Shown: positions 31,718 through 44,955, counted from the first letter of the stretch. The stretch is 64,000 nucleotides of DNA from Candidatus Dormibacteria bacterium (GCA_050011555.1 JBEKIT010000002.1:91419-155418); one strand, 5' to 3'. Numbers and translations: made by a program. Notes: generated by a model from the sequence alone, not told the origin.

Positions 31718-32308
31718 ATGAGCGATCAGGTCACCGTCTACGTCCGCGGCGGCGATCCGGCCTGCGCGGCGGCCCTCCAGTACCTCTCTCAGCGGGGCGT
31801 CGAGCACCGGGTGCGCGACATCCTCACCGACCCGTCGGCGAGCGCCATCCTGCTCGGCCGGCTGGGCCGGGTCACGGTCCCGGCCTTTCAGATCGGCGAG
31901 CGCCTGATCGTCGGCTTCGATCCCGTCCAGCTCGCCCGCTTCCTGCCCCGTCCCGAGGGGGAGGCGGGTCCGAGCGTGAGCTTCGGCGCCGGGGTGCGCA
32001 CGGTGACGGCTGCGATCGCCGCCGCCCACGGGCTTCCCGCCGCCTACGGGGTCGAGGTGGGGCCGGTGCGCGAGGGCTCCCCGGCCGCCGCCGCCGGGGT
32101 GAGCCCTGGGGACGTCATCACCGCCATCGGCGCCTACACCCTCACCGGCGGGGAGGCCCAGTTCCGGACCGCGGTGGCCGCCCGACACCCGGGCGACGCC
32201 ATGGCGATCACGGTCTGGCGGGACGGCACCTCGCAGGACCTGGCGGTCCAGTTCCCCGGTGCCGACGACGAGCCGGTGGTCTCCCCGGAGGCGGGCCGCC
32301 CCGCCTGA
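31718..32308 (+). CDS. Glutaredoxin/NrdH-like thioredoxin-fold domain fused to a PDZ domain
   Basis: VTVYVRGGDPACAAAL (CxxC, Grx-like) followed by a PDZ-like GVEVGPVREGSPAAAAGVSPGDVITAI. Confidence 0.55.
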   Translation: MSDQVTVYVRGGDPACAAALQYLSQRGVEHRVRDILTDPSASAILLGRLGRVTVPAFQIGERLIVGFDPVQLARFLPRPEGEAGPSVSFGAGVRTVTAAIAAAHGLPAAYGVEVGPVREGSPAAAAGVSPGDVITAIGAYTLTGGEAQFRTAVAARHPGDAMAITVWRDGTSQDLAVQFPGADDEPVVSPEAGRPA

Positions 32309-32326
32309 CGAAGCTGCGGCGGGCCG

Positions 32327-32599
32327 TCACCAGCCGGGAGGCGGCTCCGAGCGGTTGAGCAGGCGCACGAAGTCCTCGGCCCGGGCCACGGCCTCCCAGC
32401 GGCGGCTGAAGAAGTCCTGGCAGATCATCCGACCGTCGGCCACGCTGGTCACCGTCACCGCCCACTGGTTGAGGGCCTTGGAGACCTCGACCTCGTAGGT
32501 CTCGGCGTCGTTGCGCACCACCAGACCGGTGGGAGCCGGCCGGCGCTGCAGTCTTTCATTGCGGTGGGGGGACGCCATAGCCATCGCAGATACCTCCAC
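32327..32599 (-). CDS. Small hypothetical protein
   Basis: ORF only. Confidence 0.25.
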   Translation of the reverse strand: MEVSAMAMASPHRNERLQRRPAPTGLVVRNDAETYEVEVSKALNQWAVTVTSVADGRMICQDFFSRRWEAVARAEDFVRLLNRSEPPPGW

Positions 32600-32787
32600 G
32601 GACGATCGGGGACCCGGACCCGGCAGCGAGACCTCGGTGCTCTAGAGAATCGGGGGAGCGACACCGAGCAGCCTGAGCCGCTGGGCACCGGACATCCCGC
32701 AGGCATCTATTCTCGCGCATCCGGGGCCCGGAGAGAAGCCCGGGCAGCGACAGCACCACGGGCGGGCCCCGGGTGGCGGCCGCGGAA

Positions 32788-33798
32788 TCAGACGTCGAGG
32801 GAGAGCTGCCCTGATTGTGCCACAACCGGCCCGGCCGGCGATCTCGGGGACCCCTCGACGGCAACCGGCGCGGGAGGCTCGGGGGCAGCGCGCGCCCACC
32901 CGGGGACCTCCCCGTCGCGGTCCTCCATCCGCTGCAGGATCGGTCCCGGAGGACGGGGCAGATCCACCCCCAGGAGGTGGGCCATGTCGAAGCCGTTGAC
33001 CACCGCGTAGTTGCTCCGATTGTTGTTCATGAGCACGTGGACGGGAACGCCCCGCTCGGCGGCGGCCTGGATCGCCGGTACCCACTGCGCCAGCTCGGAC
33101 GGCGGGTAGAGGTAGTCGAAGCGCTCGCCGGTCGTCGCTGTCTTCCGGTACCAGGTCTGGTAGTTGCGGCCGTGGAAGCGCACCAGCACCAGGCGGGGGG
33201 AGGTGACCGCCAGATGGGGTGGCGCGGTCCCGCTCCCGAGCTGGGGGGCATCCACCCCCACCAGGGTGCAGTCCAGCTCCCGGAGCAGATCCTCGGTCTC
33301 CGCGAGCCGGCCCGGCTCGAACCAGGAGCGGTGCCGGAACTCGACGGCGAGGACATCGCCCGGGTGCCGCTCACGGGCACGCAGCACCGCCTCGCGGCCC
33401 GCGGTGCCGGCCACCAGCCAGGGTGGGAACTGGTAGTGCACCGCGCCCAGCTTCCCGGAAGCACGGAGCGGGGCCAGTGCCTCGAGGAAGGACCGCTCCT
33501 CCTCCGCGGTCGGGGCGCGGGGGCGGCCCTGCTCGCGCTCATGACCGGTCAGGCTCCGGTAGGCCTTGATGTTGAAGAGGAAGTCATCCGGGGTGCGGGC
33601 CACCCACCCGGCGACCCGATCGGGTGTCGGGATCCCGTAGAAGCTGGTGTCGATCTCGACGAGGGGGAAGTAGCGGGCATAGAAGCTGAGCCGCTCGGGC
33701 TGCCGCCGGCCCCGGAGCTCGTCGGGGTAGAACTCCTCGTGGTCGAGCCAGTTGCAGGTCCCGACCAGGATCGGGGCGGGCGCCCGCCGTGCCTCCAT
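32788..33798 (-). CDS. DUF72 (UPF0759) family protein
   Basis: ILVGTCNW ... FYARYFPLVEIDTSFY signature. Confidence 0.75.
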   Translation of the reverse strand: MEARRAPAPILVGTCNWLDHEEFYPDELRGRRQPERLSFYARYFPLVEIDTSFYGIPTPDRVAGWVARTPDDFLFNIKAYRSLTGHEREQGRPRAPTAEEERSFLEALAPLRASGKLGAVHYQFPPWLVAGTAGREAVLRARERHPGDVLAVEFRHRSWFEPGRLAETEDLLRELDCTLVGVDAPQLGSGTAPPHLAVTSPRLVLVRFHGRNYQTWYRKTATTGERFDYLYPPSELAQWVPAIQAAAERGVPVHVLMNNNRSNYAVVNGFDMAHLLGVDLPRPPGPILQRMEDRDGEVPGWARAAPEPPAPVAVEGSPRSPAGPVVAQSGQLSLDV

Positions 33799-33934
33799 CT
33801 CTTTCCCCACCGTGCAAGCGGGTCCCGTAGGGCGGGGACCCTCGGGCAAGGCCGCCCCCTATTCTGGCCGTCGCGTCCCAATCCGAGCCGGCCTGACTGG
33901 CCACCACGACGAGAAGGCGCACCCATCGGTGATC

Positions 33935-34756
33935 ATGCGCAGGATGGTCACCGCCCCCGGCGTGGTGCGCCGGCCCGCCGACCTCCTTCATCTCGCCACC
34001 GCCGCCGTCGAGGCGGGGGGACGGGTGATCAACGCGGCCCGGGCCAGCGGCCGCGCCACCGTCGCCGAGTCCAAGGGCCGCGGGGACTGGGTCACCAGCG
34101 TCGACCGTGAGGCCGAGGCGGCGGCGACCTCCATCCTGCGGATGGCGACCCCGGAGATCCCGATCCTGGCCGAGGAGGCCGGGGGCATCCGGTCGGAACG
34201 CTTCTGGGTGGTCGACCCGCTCGACGGGACCACCAACTTCGTGCTCGGATTCCCGATGGTGGGGGTGAGCATCGCCCTCGTCGAGAGCGGCCAGCCGGTG
34301 GTCGGCGTGGTCGGCGCTCCCGAGCTCGGTGCACGGTGGTCCGCGGTGCGCGGCGAGGGCGCCTTCGACCGCGCCGGCTACCGCCTGGATCTTCGCGCGG
34401 CCTCCGCCACCGGCGTCACCGCCACCGGCTTCCCCTTCCGCCACCCGGAGTGGCAGCCGCGCTACCTGCCGGTGATGAGCGCGGCTCTCGGCGAGTTCGA
34501 GGACCTGCGCCGGGCCGGCGCGGCGTCGCTCGACCTGGCGTACTGCGCCTCCGGCGTCTGGAGCGGCTACTTCGAGCTGGGGCTCGGGCTCTGGGACATC
34601 GCCGCCGGCGCCCTGCTGGTCCGCGAGGCGGGTGGGGTGGTGACCGACTGGAAGGGCGACGAGGACGCCGTCTTCCAGAGCGGCGACATCCTTGCCGGCG
34701 GGCCCGGCTGGCATCAGCGCATGCTGGAGCTCGTCCGCCGGGTGGAGGGGAGGTGA
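33935..34756 (+). CDS. Inositol monophosphatase family protein
   Basis: WVVDPLDGTTNF motif and the LAEE metal-binding region. Confidence 0.8.
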   Translation: MRRMVTAPGVVRRPADLLHLATAAVEAGGRVINAARASGRATVAESKGRGDWVTSVDREAEAAATSILRMATPEIPILAEEAGGIRSERFWVVDPLDGTTNFVLGFPMVGVSIALVESGQPVVGVVGAPELGARWSAVRGEGAFDRAGYRLDLRAASATGVTATGFPFRHPEWQPRYLPVMSAALGEFEDLRRAGAASLDLAYCASGVWSGYFELGLGLWDIAAGALLVREAGGVVTDWKGDEDAVFQSGDILAGGPGWHQRMLELVRRVEGR

Positions 34757-34822
34757 GAGACCGTAACCGGAGCCGCCTCCTCCGATTCCACCTTCACGTG
34801 CCATGAGGGAGATTCCGCCTCC

Positions 34823-35676
34823 GTGACTGCCGAACCCCCCGTGACCGCCCTCGCCCGCCGCACCGCCGCGCCCGGAGGCCTGCTGGCCGGCCGGCGGGTG
34901 CTGGTGACCGGCGTCCTCACCCCCAAGAGCATCGCATACGCGATCGCCGACGCCTGCCTCGAGCGCGGGGCGGAGGTGATCCTCACGTCCTTCGGCCGGG
35001 CCATGAGCCTCACCGAGCGCAGCGCCCGGCGCCTCGGCCTCGCGGGACCGGTGCTGGAGATGGACGCCTCGCGGCCGGACCAGGTGGCGGCCGTCGCCGC
35101 CGCGCTGCGGGAGACGTGGGGTGGCCTCGACGGCGCCGTCCATGCCATCGGCTACGCGCCCGAGGACGCCCTGGGCGGCCGCTTCATGACCACCCCGTGG
35201 GAATCGGTGGCCACGGCCATGCAGATCTCCGCCTTCAGCCTCAAGACGATGGCCCAGGAGCTCACCCCCCTGATGGAGAGGAGGGGCGGTTCGCTGGTGA
35301 CGCTCACCTTCGACGCCACCGTCGCCTGGCCGCTCTACGACTGGATGGGCCCGACCAAGGCGGCGCTCGAATCGATCGTCCGCTACCTCGCCCGCGACCT
35401 CGGGCCCCGCGGCATCCGGGTCAACACGCTCTCGGCCGGCCCCCTCGAGACCGTGGCCGCCAAGGCGATCTCGTCGTTCTCCGACCTCAAGGACGCCTGG
35501 CAGCGGGCCGCACCCCTCGGCTGGGACAGCGGTGACGCCAGCCCGGTGGCGGACGCCGCGGTCTTCCTGCTCAGCGAGCTGTCCCGGGGGGTGACCGGGG
35601 AGATGCTGCACGTGGACGGGGGCTACCACAGCCAGGGCGCACCCGCGGCCACCCACGTGCTGGAGGAGCTGGGGGG

Positions 35677-35680
<4 letters not shown>
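34823..35680 (+). CDS. fabI: NADH-dependent enoyl-ACP reductase (FabI/InhA type)
   Basis: LVTGVLTPKSIAYAIA Rossmann motif. SDR fold with the Tyr/Lys motif. Confidence 0.85.
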
Positions 35681-36936
<1,256 letters not shown>

Positions 36937-37369
36937 CACTCACCCTGCTGGCACCCCGACTCGTCGCGGTGCTCGGCTGGCTGGCGGTGTGGGCCCGCGG
37001 CTGGCCCGACCCCGCGAGCGCGGCGCTGATCAGCGGCTGGATCGTCCTTTCAGTGCTGGCCCTCGTCGACCTGGCCGGCGAGCAGGGCGGCGGAGCGGGG
37101 TTCCGGCTCATCCCCTGGGCGCTAGCGGCCTTCGGCTTCGCGACGGCCGTCTCGGTGGTCCGCAGCGCTGCAAGGTACGTAGCCTCTGGTGAAGCGACAG
37201 AAAGATCCTGCCATAACGTCGCTGAAAGGATATTCTGGCGGTCTTTGACCGGGCTGTGCGATCTCGCCGGTCACGATCCGGTCGTGACCACCCGCGGTGG
37301 AGATCTGTCACGTGGGGGCCGGGATACCGTCACTCGAGATGCTGCGAGTAGTGCATATGCTCTATTCCA

Positions 37370-39042
37370 ATGTCCCAGCAGCCCACCGATCCGAACACCG
37401 CCGTCGTCCACCCACCCGCCGGCTCGGCATCTCTCCGCTTAGCGGTCGTTATAGCCCTGGCGGCCGCGGTGCTGGCAGTGGCCCTCGGGGTGGTCGCCAT
37501 CCTCTCCGACGGGGCCCTCGCCGGGGGGGCGGCAAGCGCCAGCCTGGTGGTCGCCGGCACGGCGGTCCAGGCCGCGGCCCTGGTGGTGGTGACCGTCAAC
37601 CTCTACCGAGCCCGTGCCGAGCTGGCCCGGCGCCACGCTGAGATCGAGGGGATGGCGAGCGTCGATGCGCTGACCGGGCTGGCCAACCGGCGCGCCTTCG
37701 AGTGCGAGCTGGAGCGCCACGTGCGCCCGGGTGCCGACCTGGCCCTGCTCCTCATCGATCTCGACAACCTCAAGTCCATCAACGACTCGGTTGGCCACCT
37801 GGTCGGCGACGAGGTGCTGCGCGGCACCGCGCGCCGCATCCAGGGCTGCCTGCGCACCACCGACATCGTCTCCCGGCTGAGCGGTGACGAGTTCGCGGTG
37901 CTGCTGCCCCGGGTGGGCGACCGGAGCAACGTCGAGGTGATCGCCCGCCGCATCGTCGAGTCGGTCCAGCGGCCGTACCCGGCCGAGCTGCACAGCTGCA
38001 CGGTCAGCGCGAGTGCTGGCGTGGCGATGCTGGAGAGCGGGGCCGGCCGCGGGGATCTGCTCCGCAACGCCGACGTCGCCCTGATGCACGCCAAGCGCCA
38101 GGGCAAGGGCCGCTACGTCTTCTACCGGGCCGAGATCCACTCCAGCGAGGTCGAGCGGATCGCCTTCGCGCGAGACCTGCGCACGGCCCTGGAGCAGACC
38201 AATTCGTCCTCCATTACCAGCCGATCGTGGACTCGAAGAACCGGAAGATCCTCGGCGTCGAGGCCCTGGTGCGGTGGCAGCATCCCGAGCGCGGCCTGGT
38301 GCCCCCCCTCGACTTCATCCCCCTCGCCGAGGCGACCGGGCTGATCGTCCCCCTGGGTGCCTGGATCCTGCGCGAGTCCTGCATCCAGACCCAGAAGTGG
38401 CGGACCAGCCACCCCAGCCTGTTCAAGGACTTCCTGCTCAGTGTCAACGTCTCGGCGCGCCAGCTCTTCGGCACCCAGCTCCAGAACGACGTGGTCGCCG
38501 CCCTCAACGAGTCCGGGCTGGACCCGCGTCACCTGGTCCTGGAGATCATCGAATCCCAGGTGATGACCGACGTCAGCGCGGCGCTGCGGCAGTTCGCGGC
38601 GCTCAAGGAGATCGGGGTCCGGATCGCCATCGACGACTTCGGCACCGGCTACTCCTCGCTCGGCCACCTCCGGGAGCTGCCGGTCGACTTCCTCAAGCTG
38701 GACAAGAGCTTCACCGACAGCATCACCGAGTCGGTGAAGAGCCAGGAGCTGATGCGGACCGTGGCCCAGCTCAGCCGGGCGCTCTCCATCGCCACCGTCG
38801 CCGAGGGCGTGGAGACACTGGAGCAGGCCGACGTGCTGAACACCCTCGACGTCAACCTCTGTCAGGGCTTCTACTTCGCGCGCCCGATCGATGCCGACGG
38901 TCTCTCGCGGATGCTGAAGCGGGTGCGCCGCCTGCCGGAGACGGTGGGGGCCCGTGGCTCCGCGCCGGCCGCGGGCGGAGGACGGCTCACGGTCGCGGTT
39001 CCCAAGCCCGGCCAGATGGCCATCACCACCCTGCCCAACTGA
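37370..39042 (+). pseudogene. Membrane-anchored GGDEF(SGDEF)-EAL c-di-GMP turnover protein, with a -1 frame change at about 38195-38210 between the GGDEF and EAL domains
   Basis: ORF 37370-38344 carries 2 TM segments and a GGDEF domain ([11 protein letters not shown]). ORF 38227-39042 carries a complete EAL domain ([15 protein letters not shown]). Reading [18 protein letters not shown] requires shifting one base near gagcagaccaattcgtc. Confidence 0.7.
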
Positions 39043-39084
39043 GATCACCGCGCCAGAGCTGGCCCGGTTCGGGCGGCGTGCGGC

Positions 39085-40662
39085 TCAGTCTCGCCCGGGT
39101 CGGGCGACCTGCGGTTCAGTCCCCGGTGCGGCGGGCCGCGGCGTCGGCGGCAGTGGTGCGGAGTCGGTGGTGGGGCGGCGCGCAGCCGGAGCCGCGTACC
39201 CAGGGGCGTGCGGCTGGTAGCGGAGGCCGCGGGCCCCGCGGGTGGCGGAGAAGACGGCCGCCACCGCCATCAGCCCCATCGACCCGTAGAAGGCCGAATG
39301 CAGCCCGCTGGCGAAGGCAGTGGCCAGCTGCCCGTGCAGCGAGGTGGAGCCGACGAAGATCGCGAAGGCGAGCTGGCGCGGGATGCTCCGCGACGCCAGC
39401 ACGATGGCCATCGAGAAGGAGAAGACCATGCCCACATTGGCAAAGGTGCGCAGCATCCCCGACGAGATCCCGAAGAGCTGAGGCGGTGACGCCTTCATCA
39501 CGGCCGAGGTGTTGGCCGGGAAGAACGAGCTGGCCCCGAGGCCGTTGACCAGGCTCGCCATCACCACCACCCAGAGCGAGGTGTCCACCGTGAGCTGGGC
39601 GTAGATGAAGAGCGCCACCACCTGGGTCGCGAGCCCGGCGGTGGCCGGGATCACGGGCCCGACGCGGTCGGCGAGACGCCCGGCGAAGGGGCCCACCGCC
39701 CCTCCCACCAGGTAGCCGGGCACCAGGAGCAGCGAGGCGTCGAGCGCCGAGAGGCCGCGGGTCCCCTGCAGGTACATGATCACCAGGAAGAGGACGCAGA
39801 AGTTGGCGAGCCCCTGGAAGAAGGAGGCCAGCAGCGACGGCGTCATGGTGGGGATCCGGAGCAGGGAGAGCTTGAGCATCGGCTCCGCCTGCCGCCACTC
39901 GATCAGGGCGAAGATGCCGACGAGGACGACGCCACCGACGAGGTAGCCGAGGATCGTCGGGTCGAACGAGGACGACGCCAGCGAGGTCATCGCCCAGAGC
40001 ACCCCGAAGAGCCCGAGCCCGAGCGTGACCATGCCCGCGACGTCGAGGCGATGCCGCCGCCTCTCGCCCACGTCGTGCAGGACGCGGACCGCGAGCAGCA
40101 CCGCCGCGATCCCGATCGGAACGTTGATCCAGAAGATCCAGCGCCAGGAGAGGTAGGTGACGATCACCCCGCCGAGGACGATGCCCAGGACCGCCCCGGC
40201 GCTCCAGCCGATGCCGTTGAACCCGTACGCCTTGCCCCGCTCGTGGGGAGGGAACAGGTCGGCGATCACGGCGCCGCTGTTGGCCGTCACCAGCGCGCCG
40301 CCGATCCCCTGGAGCACCCGGAAGCCGATCATCGACGAGCCGTCCCAGGCCAGCGCGCAGAGAGCCGAGCCGACGATGAAGACGATGAATCCGGCCTCGT
40401 ACATCCGCACCCGGCCGAACATGTCGCCCAGCCGCCCGACCTGGGTGGCGAGCAGGGTGATGACGAGCAGGTAGCCGATGATCACCCAGATCACCGAGGA
40501 GAGGTCGACCCGCAGTCCGCGCTCGATCTCGGGCAGGGCAAGGACCACGATCGTGGTGTCGACCGCGGTGATCAGCACCCCGGTCATGACCACGGCCAGT
40601 CCCAGGTTCCGGCGCACCGGGCGCGGCGCGACCGGCGGGGCCGGGGAGGCGACGGGGCTCAC
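39085..40662 (-). CDS. MFS transporter, DHA2 (EmrB/QacA, 14-TMS) family
   Basis: 14 predicted TM helices and MFS motifs. Confidence 0.8.
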   Translation of the reverse strand: MSPVASPAPPVAPRPVRRNLGLAVVMTGVLITAVDTTIVVLALPEIERGLRVDLSSVIWVIIGYLLVITLLATQVGRLGDMFGRVRMYEAGFIVFIVGSALCALAWDGSSMIGFRVLQGIGGALVTANSGAVIADLFPPHERGKAYGFNGIGWSAGAVLGIVLGGVIVTYLSWRWIFWINVPIGIAAVLLAVRVLHDVGERRRHRLDVAGMVTLGLGLFGVLWAMTSLASSSFDPTILGYLVGGVVLVGIFALIEWRQAEPMLKLSLLRIPTMTPSLLASFFQGLANFCVLFLVIMYLQGTRGLSALDASLLLVPGYLVGGAVGPFAGRLADRVGPVIPATAGLATQVVALFIYAQLTVDTSLWVVVMASLVNGLGASSFFPANTSAVMKASPPQLFGISSGMLRTFANVGMVFSFSMAIVLASRSIPRQLAFAIFVGSTSLHGQLATAFASGLHSAFYGSMGLMAVAAVFSATRGARGLRYQPHAPGYAAPAARRPTTDSAPLPPTPRPAAPGTEPQVARPGRD

Positions 40663-40719
40663 TCCCCGAGGATACCGTCGCGGACCCTGGGCACCGTCGC
40701 GCCGATCACCGCGCTCCGC

Positions 40720-41712
<993 letters not shown>

Positions 41713-41820
41713 GCCCTCCTTGATTGCCGCCGACCCACCATACTCGGCAGCCCCCGCTCAGCCGGACGCGCCCCCGCATGCGCCGCCGCCGCTTCGAGCG
41801 GCGGGCCACAATCGGGTGCC

Positions 41821-42675
41821 ATGGCCTGCGACTGGCTCCTGATCGATGGCTCGAGCCTCATCTTCCGCGCCTTCTACGGTGTCCCCTCGAGCGTGAGCGG
41901 CCCGAATGGCCAGCCGATCAACGCGGTGCGCGGCTTCCTCGACGCCCTGACCCGGCTGATCGTCGAGCGGCGACCGCGGCGGCTCGCCGTGGCGAGCGAC
42001 CAGGACTGGCGGCCGGCGTGGCGGGTGGAGCTTATCCCAGGCTACAAGGCGCACCGGGTGGCGGAGCCGGTGCCGCCGCTCCTGGAGCCCCAGATGCCGG
42101 TGATCGCGGAGGTACTCCGAGCCATCGGCGTCGATCAGGTGGGCGTGGCCGACCACGAGGCCGAGGACGTGATCGCCACCTGGAGCGCGCTCGCCGCCGG
42201 CACCGTGGAGGTGGTGAGCGGCGATCGGGACCTCTTCGCCCTGGTCCAGGACCCCCGGGTCCGGGTCCTGTACCCGGAGAAGGGCGGGATGGCGGTCGTC
42301 GACGAGGCGGAGGTGACCCGTCGCTACGGGGTCCCCGGCCGCCTCTACGCGGACTTCGCCGTCCTCCGCGGCGATCCCTCCGACGGCCTCCCCGGGCTCC
42401 GGGGAGTGGGCAGCGGGCGGGCGGCCGCATTGATCAGCCGGTACGGTGGGGTGGCCCAGATGCTGCGAGACGCCCCGCTGGGCGACGCCGACCGCGACTA
42501 CCTGGAGCGGGCGATGCGGGTGGTCCAGCCGGTCCTCGACCTGCCCATCGGCCTGCCCCCGGGGAGGCGCGATCGGTATCCCGCCGACCCCGCGGCGGTG
42601 GCGACGCTGGTGGCGCGCCAGGGGATCAGGGGCGCCTGCGATCGCCTGGTCACGGCCCTGGCCGGGATGGGCTGA
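41821..42675 (+). CDS. Stand-alone 5'-3' exonuclease / flap endonuclease (PIN-like domain plus H3TH)
   Basis: LLIDGSSLIFRAFYG, acidic metal-binding residues, and the H3TH region GLPGLRGVGSGRAAALI. Confidence 0.8.
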   Translation: MACDWLLIDGSSLIFRAFYGVPSSVSGPNGQPINAVRGFLDALTRLIVERRPRRLAVASDQDWRPAWRVELIPGYKAHRVAEPVPPLLEPQMPVIAEVLRAIGVDQVGVADHEAEDVIATWSALAAGTVEVVSGDRDLFALVQDPRVRVLYPEKGGMAVVDEAEVTRRYGVPGRLYADFAVLRGDPSDGLPGLRGVGSGRAAALISRYGGVAQMLRDAPLGDADRDYLERAMRVVQPVLDLPIGLPPGRRDRYPADPAAVATLVARQGIRGACDRLVTALAGMG

Positions 42676-42762
42676 GAGCTCACAGCTCCGGGCTCCGCGA
42701 CTTCTTCTCGCCCGGATGGTCGAGGCCTTGACACTTGTGATCGGCTGATCAATAATCTCCGC

Positions 42763-43362
42763 ATGACCCCACGTGAGGCCTCCGCCCGGATGCGCCAGAC
42801 GTCGGAGGAACGCCGCGAGCAGGTGGTCGAGGCGGCCATCCGCGAGTTCGCAGAGCGCGGCTACGAGGCGGCGAGCACGGCCGCCATCGCCGAGCGCGCC
42901 GGCATCAGCCAGCCGTACATCTACGCACTCTTCCCCAACAAGCGCGATCTCTTCCTGGCCGCCCACGACCGGGTGCAGGGACGGATCCGGGCGACCTTCC
43001 GGGAGGCCGCCCGTGGCGCCCGCACCCCGGAGGAAGCCCTCGGACGGATGGGCATGACCTACCCGGAGCTGATCGCGGACCGCTACGAGCTGCTCATGCA
43101 GTTGCAGGCGTACGCGGCGTCGGCCGATCCCGAGATCCACGCGCACTGCGCACGCGGCTTCCGGGCCCTGGCGGACGACGTCCGCCAGCTGAGCGGTGCG
43201 ACGCCCCGCCAGATCGCGGAGTTCTTCGCCGCCGGGATGATCGCGAACGTGACCACCGTCCTCGGAATCCCGGAGCTGTGCGCCCCGCTCTGGGAGGAGA
43301 AGCACGGGGCCGTTGATGGCGCGGAGAAGCCCGCATCCGCAGGAACCGGCACCGGCGGCTGA
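42763..43362 (+). CDS. TetR family transcriptional regulator
   Basis: N-terminal HTH STAAIAERAGISQPYIY. Confidence 0.85.
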   Translation: MTPREASARMRQTSEERREQVVEAAIREFAERGYEAASTAAIAERAGISQPYIYALFPNKRDLFLAAHDRVQGRIRATFREAARGARTPEEALGRMGMTYPELIADRYELLMQLQAYAASADPEIHAHCARGFRALADDVRQLSGATPRQIAEFFAAGMIANVTTVLGIPELCAPLWEEKHGAVDGAEKPASAGTGTGG

Positions 43363-43417
43363 GGTCGCGGCCGCAAATCCCGCGAATTGATGGATGCATC
43401 AATAAAGGAGAGCCCCG

Positions 43418-44890
43418 ATGTCCCCGTCCACGACTCGAGCCTCGACACCGTCGACAGCCGCCGTCCCAGCCCCGGCCCGCACCGGCTGGACCCTGGCCCT
43501 GGTCTCGCTCGCACTGTTCATGGTCACCCTCGACAACCTGGTGGTGACCTTTGCCCTGCCCAGCATCCGCCTCCAGTTCCACGCCGACATCGCCTCGCTG
43601 GAGTGGACGGTCAACGCCTACACCCTGAGCTTCGCCGTGCTGCTGCTCTCCGGGGCCGCCCTCGGTGACCGGTTCGGCAGGCGCCGGATGTTCATCCTCG
43701 GGCTGGGCATCTTCACCCTTGGCTCGGCGGCCGCCGCGCTGGCGCCGAACGCCGCCGCGCTGATCGCCGCCAGGGCATTCCAGGGCGCCGGGGCGGCGGT
43801 GGTCATGCCCCTCACCCTCACGCTGCTCTCCGAGGCCTTCCCCGCCGGCCGCCGGGGGGTGGCCCTGGGGATCTGGTCCGGCATCAGCGGCCTCGGGGTC
43901 GCGCTGGGCCCGGTCATCGGCGGGGCCGTGATCAGTGGCATCTCCTGGCACTGGATCTTCTGGATCAACGTCCCGGTCGGTCTCGTGGTGGGCCCGCTCG
44001 CCGTGCTCCGCCTCAGCGAGAGCCGCGGCCCCAACCGGCGGTTCGACGTCCCCGGGCTGGTGCTGGCCACCGGCGGCCTCTTCGGGATCGTCTACGGGCT
44101 GGTGCGCGCCAACGCCATCGGCTGGGGGAGCGGCACCGTGCTCGGCTCGATGCTCGGCGGCGCCGTCCTGCTGGCCGTCTTCACCCTCTGGGAGCTGCGC
44201 TCGCCGGCGCCCATGCTGCCGATGCGCTTCTTCCGCAGCCGAGCCTTCACGGCCACCAACGCCGTCTCCTACACGATGTACTTCGGGATGTTCGGGTCGG
44301 TCTTCCTGCTGGCCCAGTTCTTCCAGACGGCTCAGCACTTCACCGCGCTGCAGGCGGGGCTGCGGACGCTCCCCTGGACCGGGATGCCGATCCTGGTGGC
44401 GCCGGTGGCGGGGATCCTCTCCGACCGGCTGGGCAGCCGCCCGCTGATGGCGACCGGACTGGCACTGCAGGCGATCGCGCTGCTGTGGATCGACCGGGTC
44501 CTCTCGCCGGGGATGCCCTACTCGTCGGTCATCGTCCCCTTCATCCTCGCCGGTACCGGGATGGCGCTCGTCTTCGCGCCGGCCGCCAACGCCGTGCTCT
44601 CGGCGGTCCGCCCCGACGAGGCCGGCCAGGCCTCCGGGGCCAACAACGCCATCCGCGAGGTCGGCGGCGTCTTCGGGATCGCCGTGCTGGCCGCGGTGTT
44701 CTCGCACGTCGGCGGCTACGCGAGCCCGGTCCAGTTCGTCGCCGGTCTGCAGCCCGCCGTGCTGGTGGGCAGCGGGGTGCTCGCCGTGGGCGCCCTGGCA
44801 GCCCTGATGGTCCCGGGTCGTTCGCTGCGCCCCCGCGCCGTGGCGCCGGCCCCGATCGGAGAGCGGGAGGAGGCCGGAGCGGCGGCCTGA
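43418..44890 (+). CDS. MFS transporter, DHA2 family, paired with the upstream TetR gene
   Basis: 14 TM helices. Motif A GDRFGRRR. Confidence 0.85.
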   Translation: MSPSTTRASTPSTAAVPAPARTGWTLALVSLALFMVTLDNLVVTFALPSIRLQFHADIASLEWTVNAYTLSFAVLLLSGAALGDRFGRRRMFILGLGIFTLGSAAAALAPNAAALIAARAFQGAGAAVVMPLTLTLLSEAFPAGRRGVALGIWSGISGLGVALGPVIGGAVISGISWHWIFWINVPVGLVVGPLAVLRLSESRGPNRRFDVPGLVLATGGLFGIVYGLVRANAIGWGSGTVLGSMLGGAVLLAVFTLWELRSPAPMLPMRFFRSRAFTATNAVSYTMYFGMFGSVFLLAQFFQTAQHFTALQAGLRTLPWTGMPILVAPVAGILSDRLGSRPLMATGLALQAIALLWIDRVLSPGMPYSSVIVPFILAGTGMALVFAPAANAVLSAVRPDEAGQASGANNAIREVGGVFGIAVLAAVFSHVGGYASPVQFVAGLQPAVLVGSGVLAVGALAALMVPGRSLRPRAVAPAPIGEREEAGAAA

Positions 44891-44923
44891 GCCGCGCCGG
44901 AATTCAGCTGGATCTCCACCGGA

Positions 44924-44955
44924 GGGCACCGCCGGGCCGCGACCCGGCGGTGCCC
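44924..44955. terminator. 13-bp perfect stem hairpin GGGCACCGCCGGG-ccgcga-CCCGGCGGTGCCC after the MFS gene
   Basis: Inverted repeat read directly. No U-tract. Confidence 0.5.

Noticed and set aside
36940-37150. Possible small 2-TM membrane protein after fabF
   Set aside because: The hydrophobic translation (LTLLAPRLVAVLGWLAVW...) lies in a frame whose stop is far downstream inside the low-GC leader. No clear start or RBS. Insufficient support.
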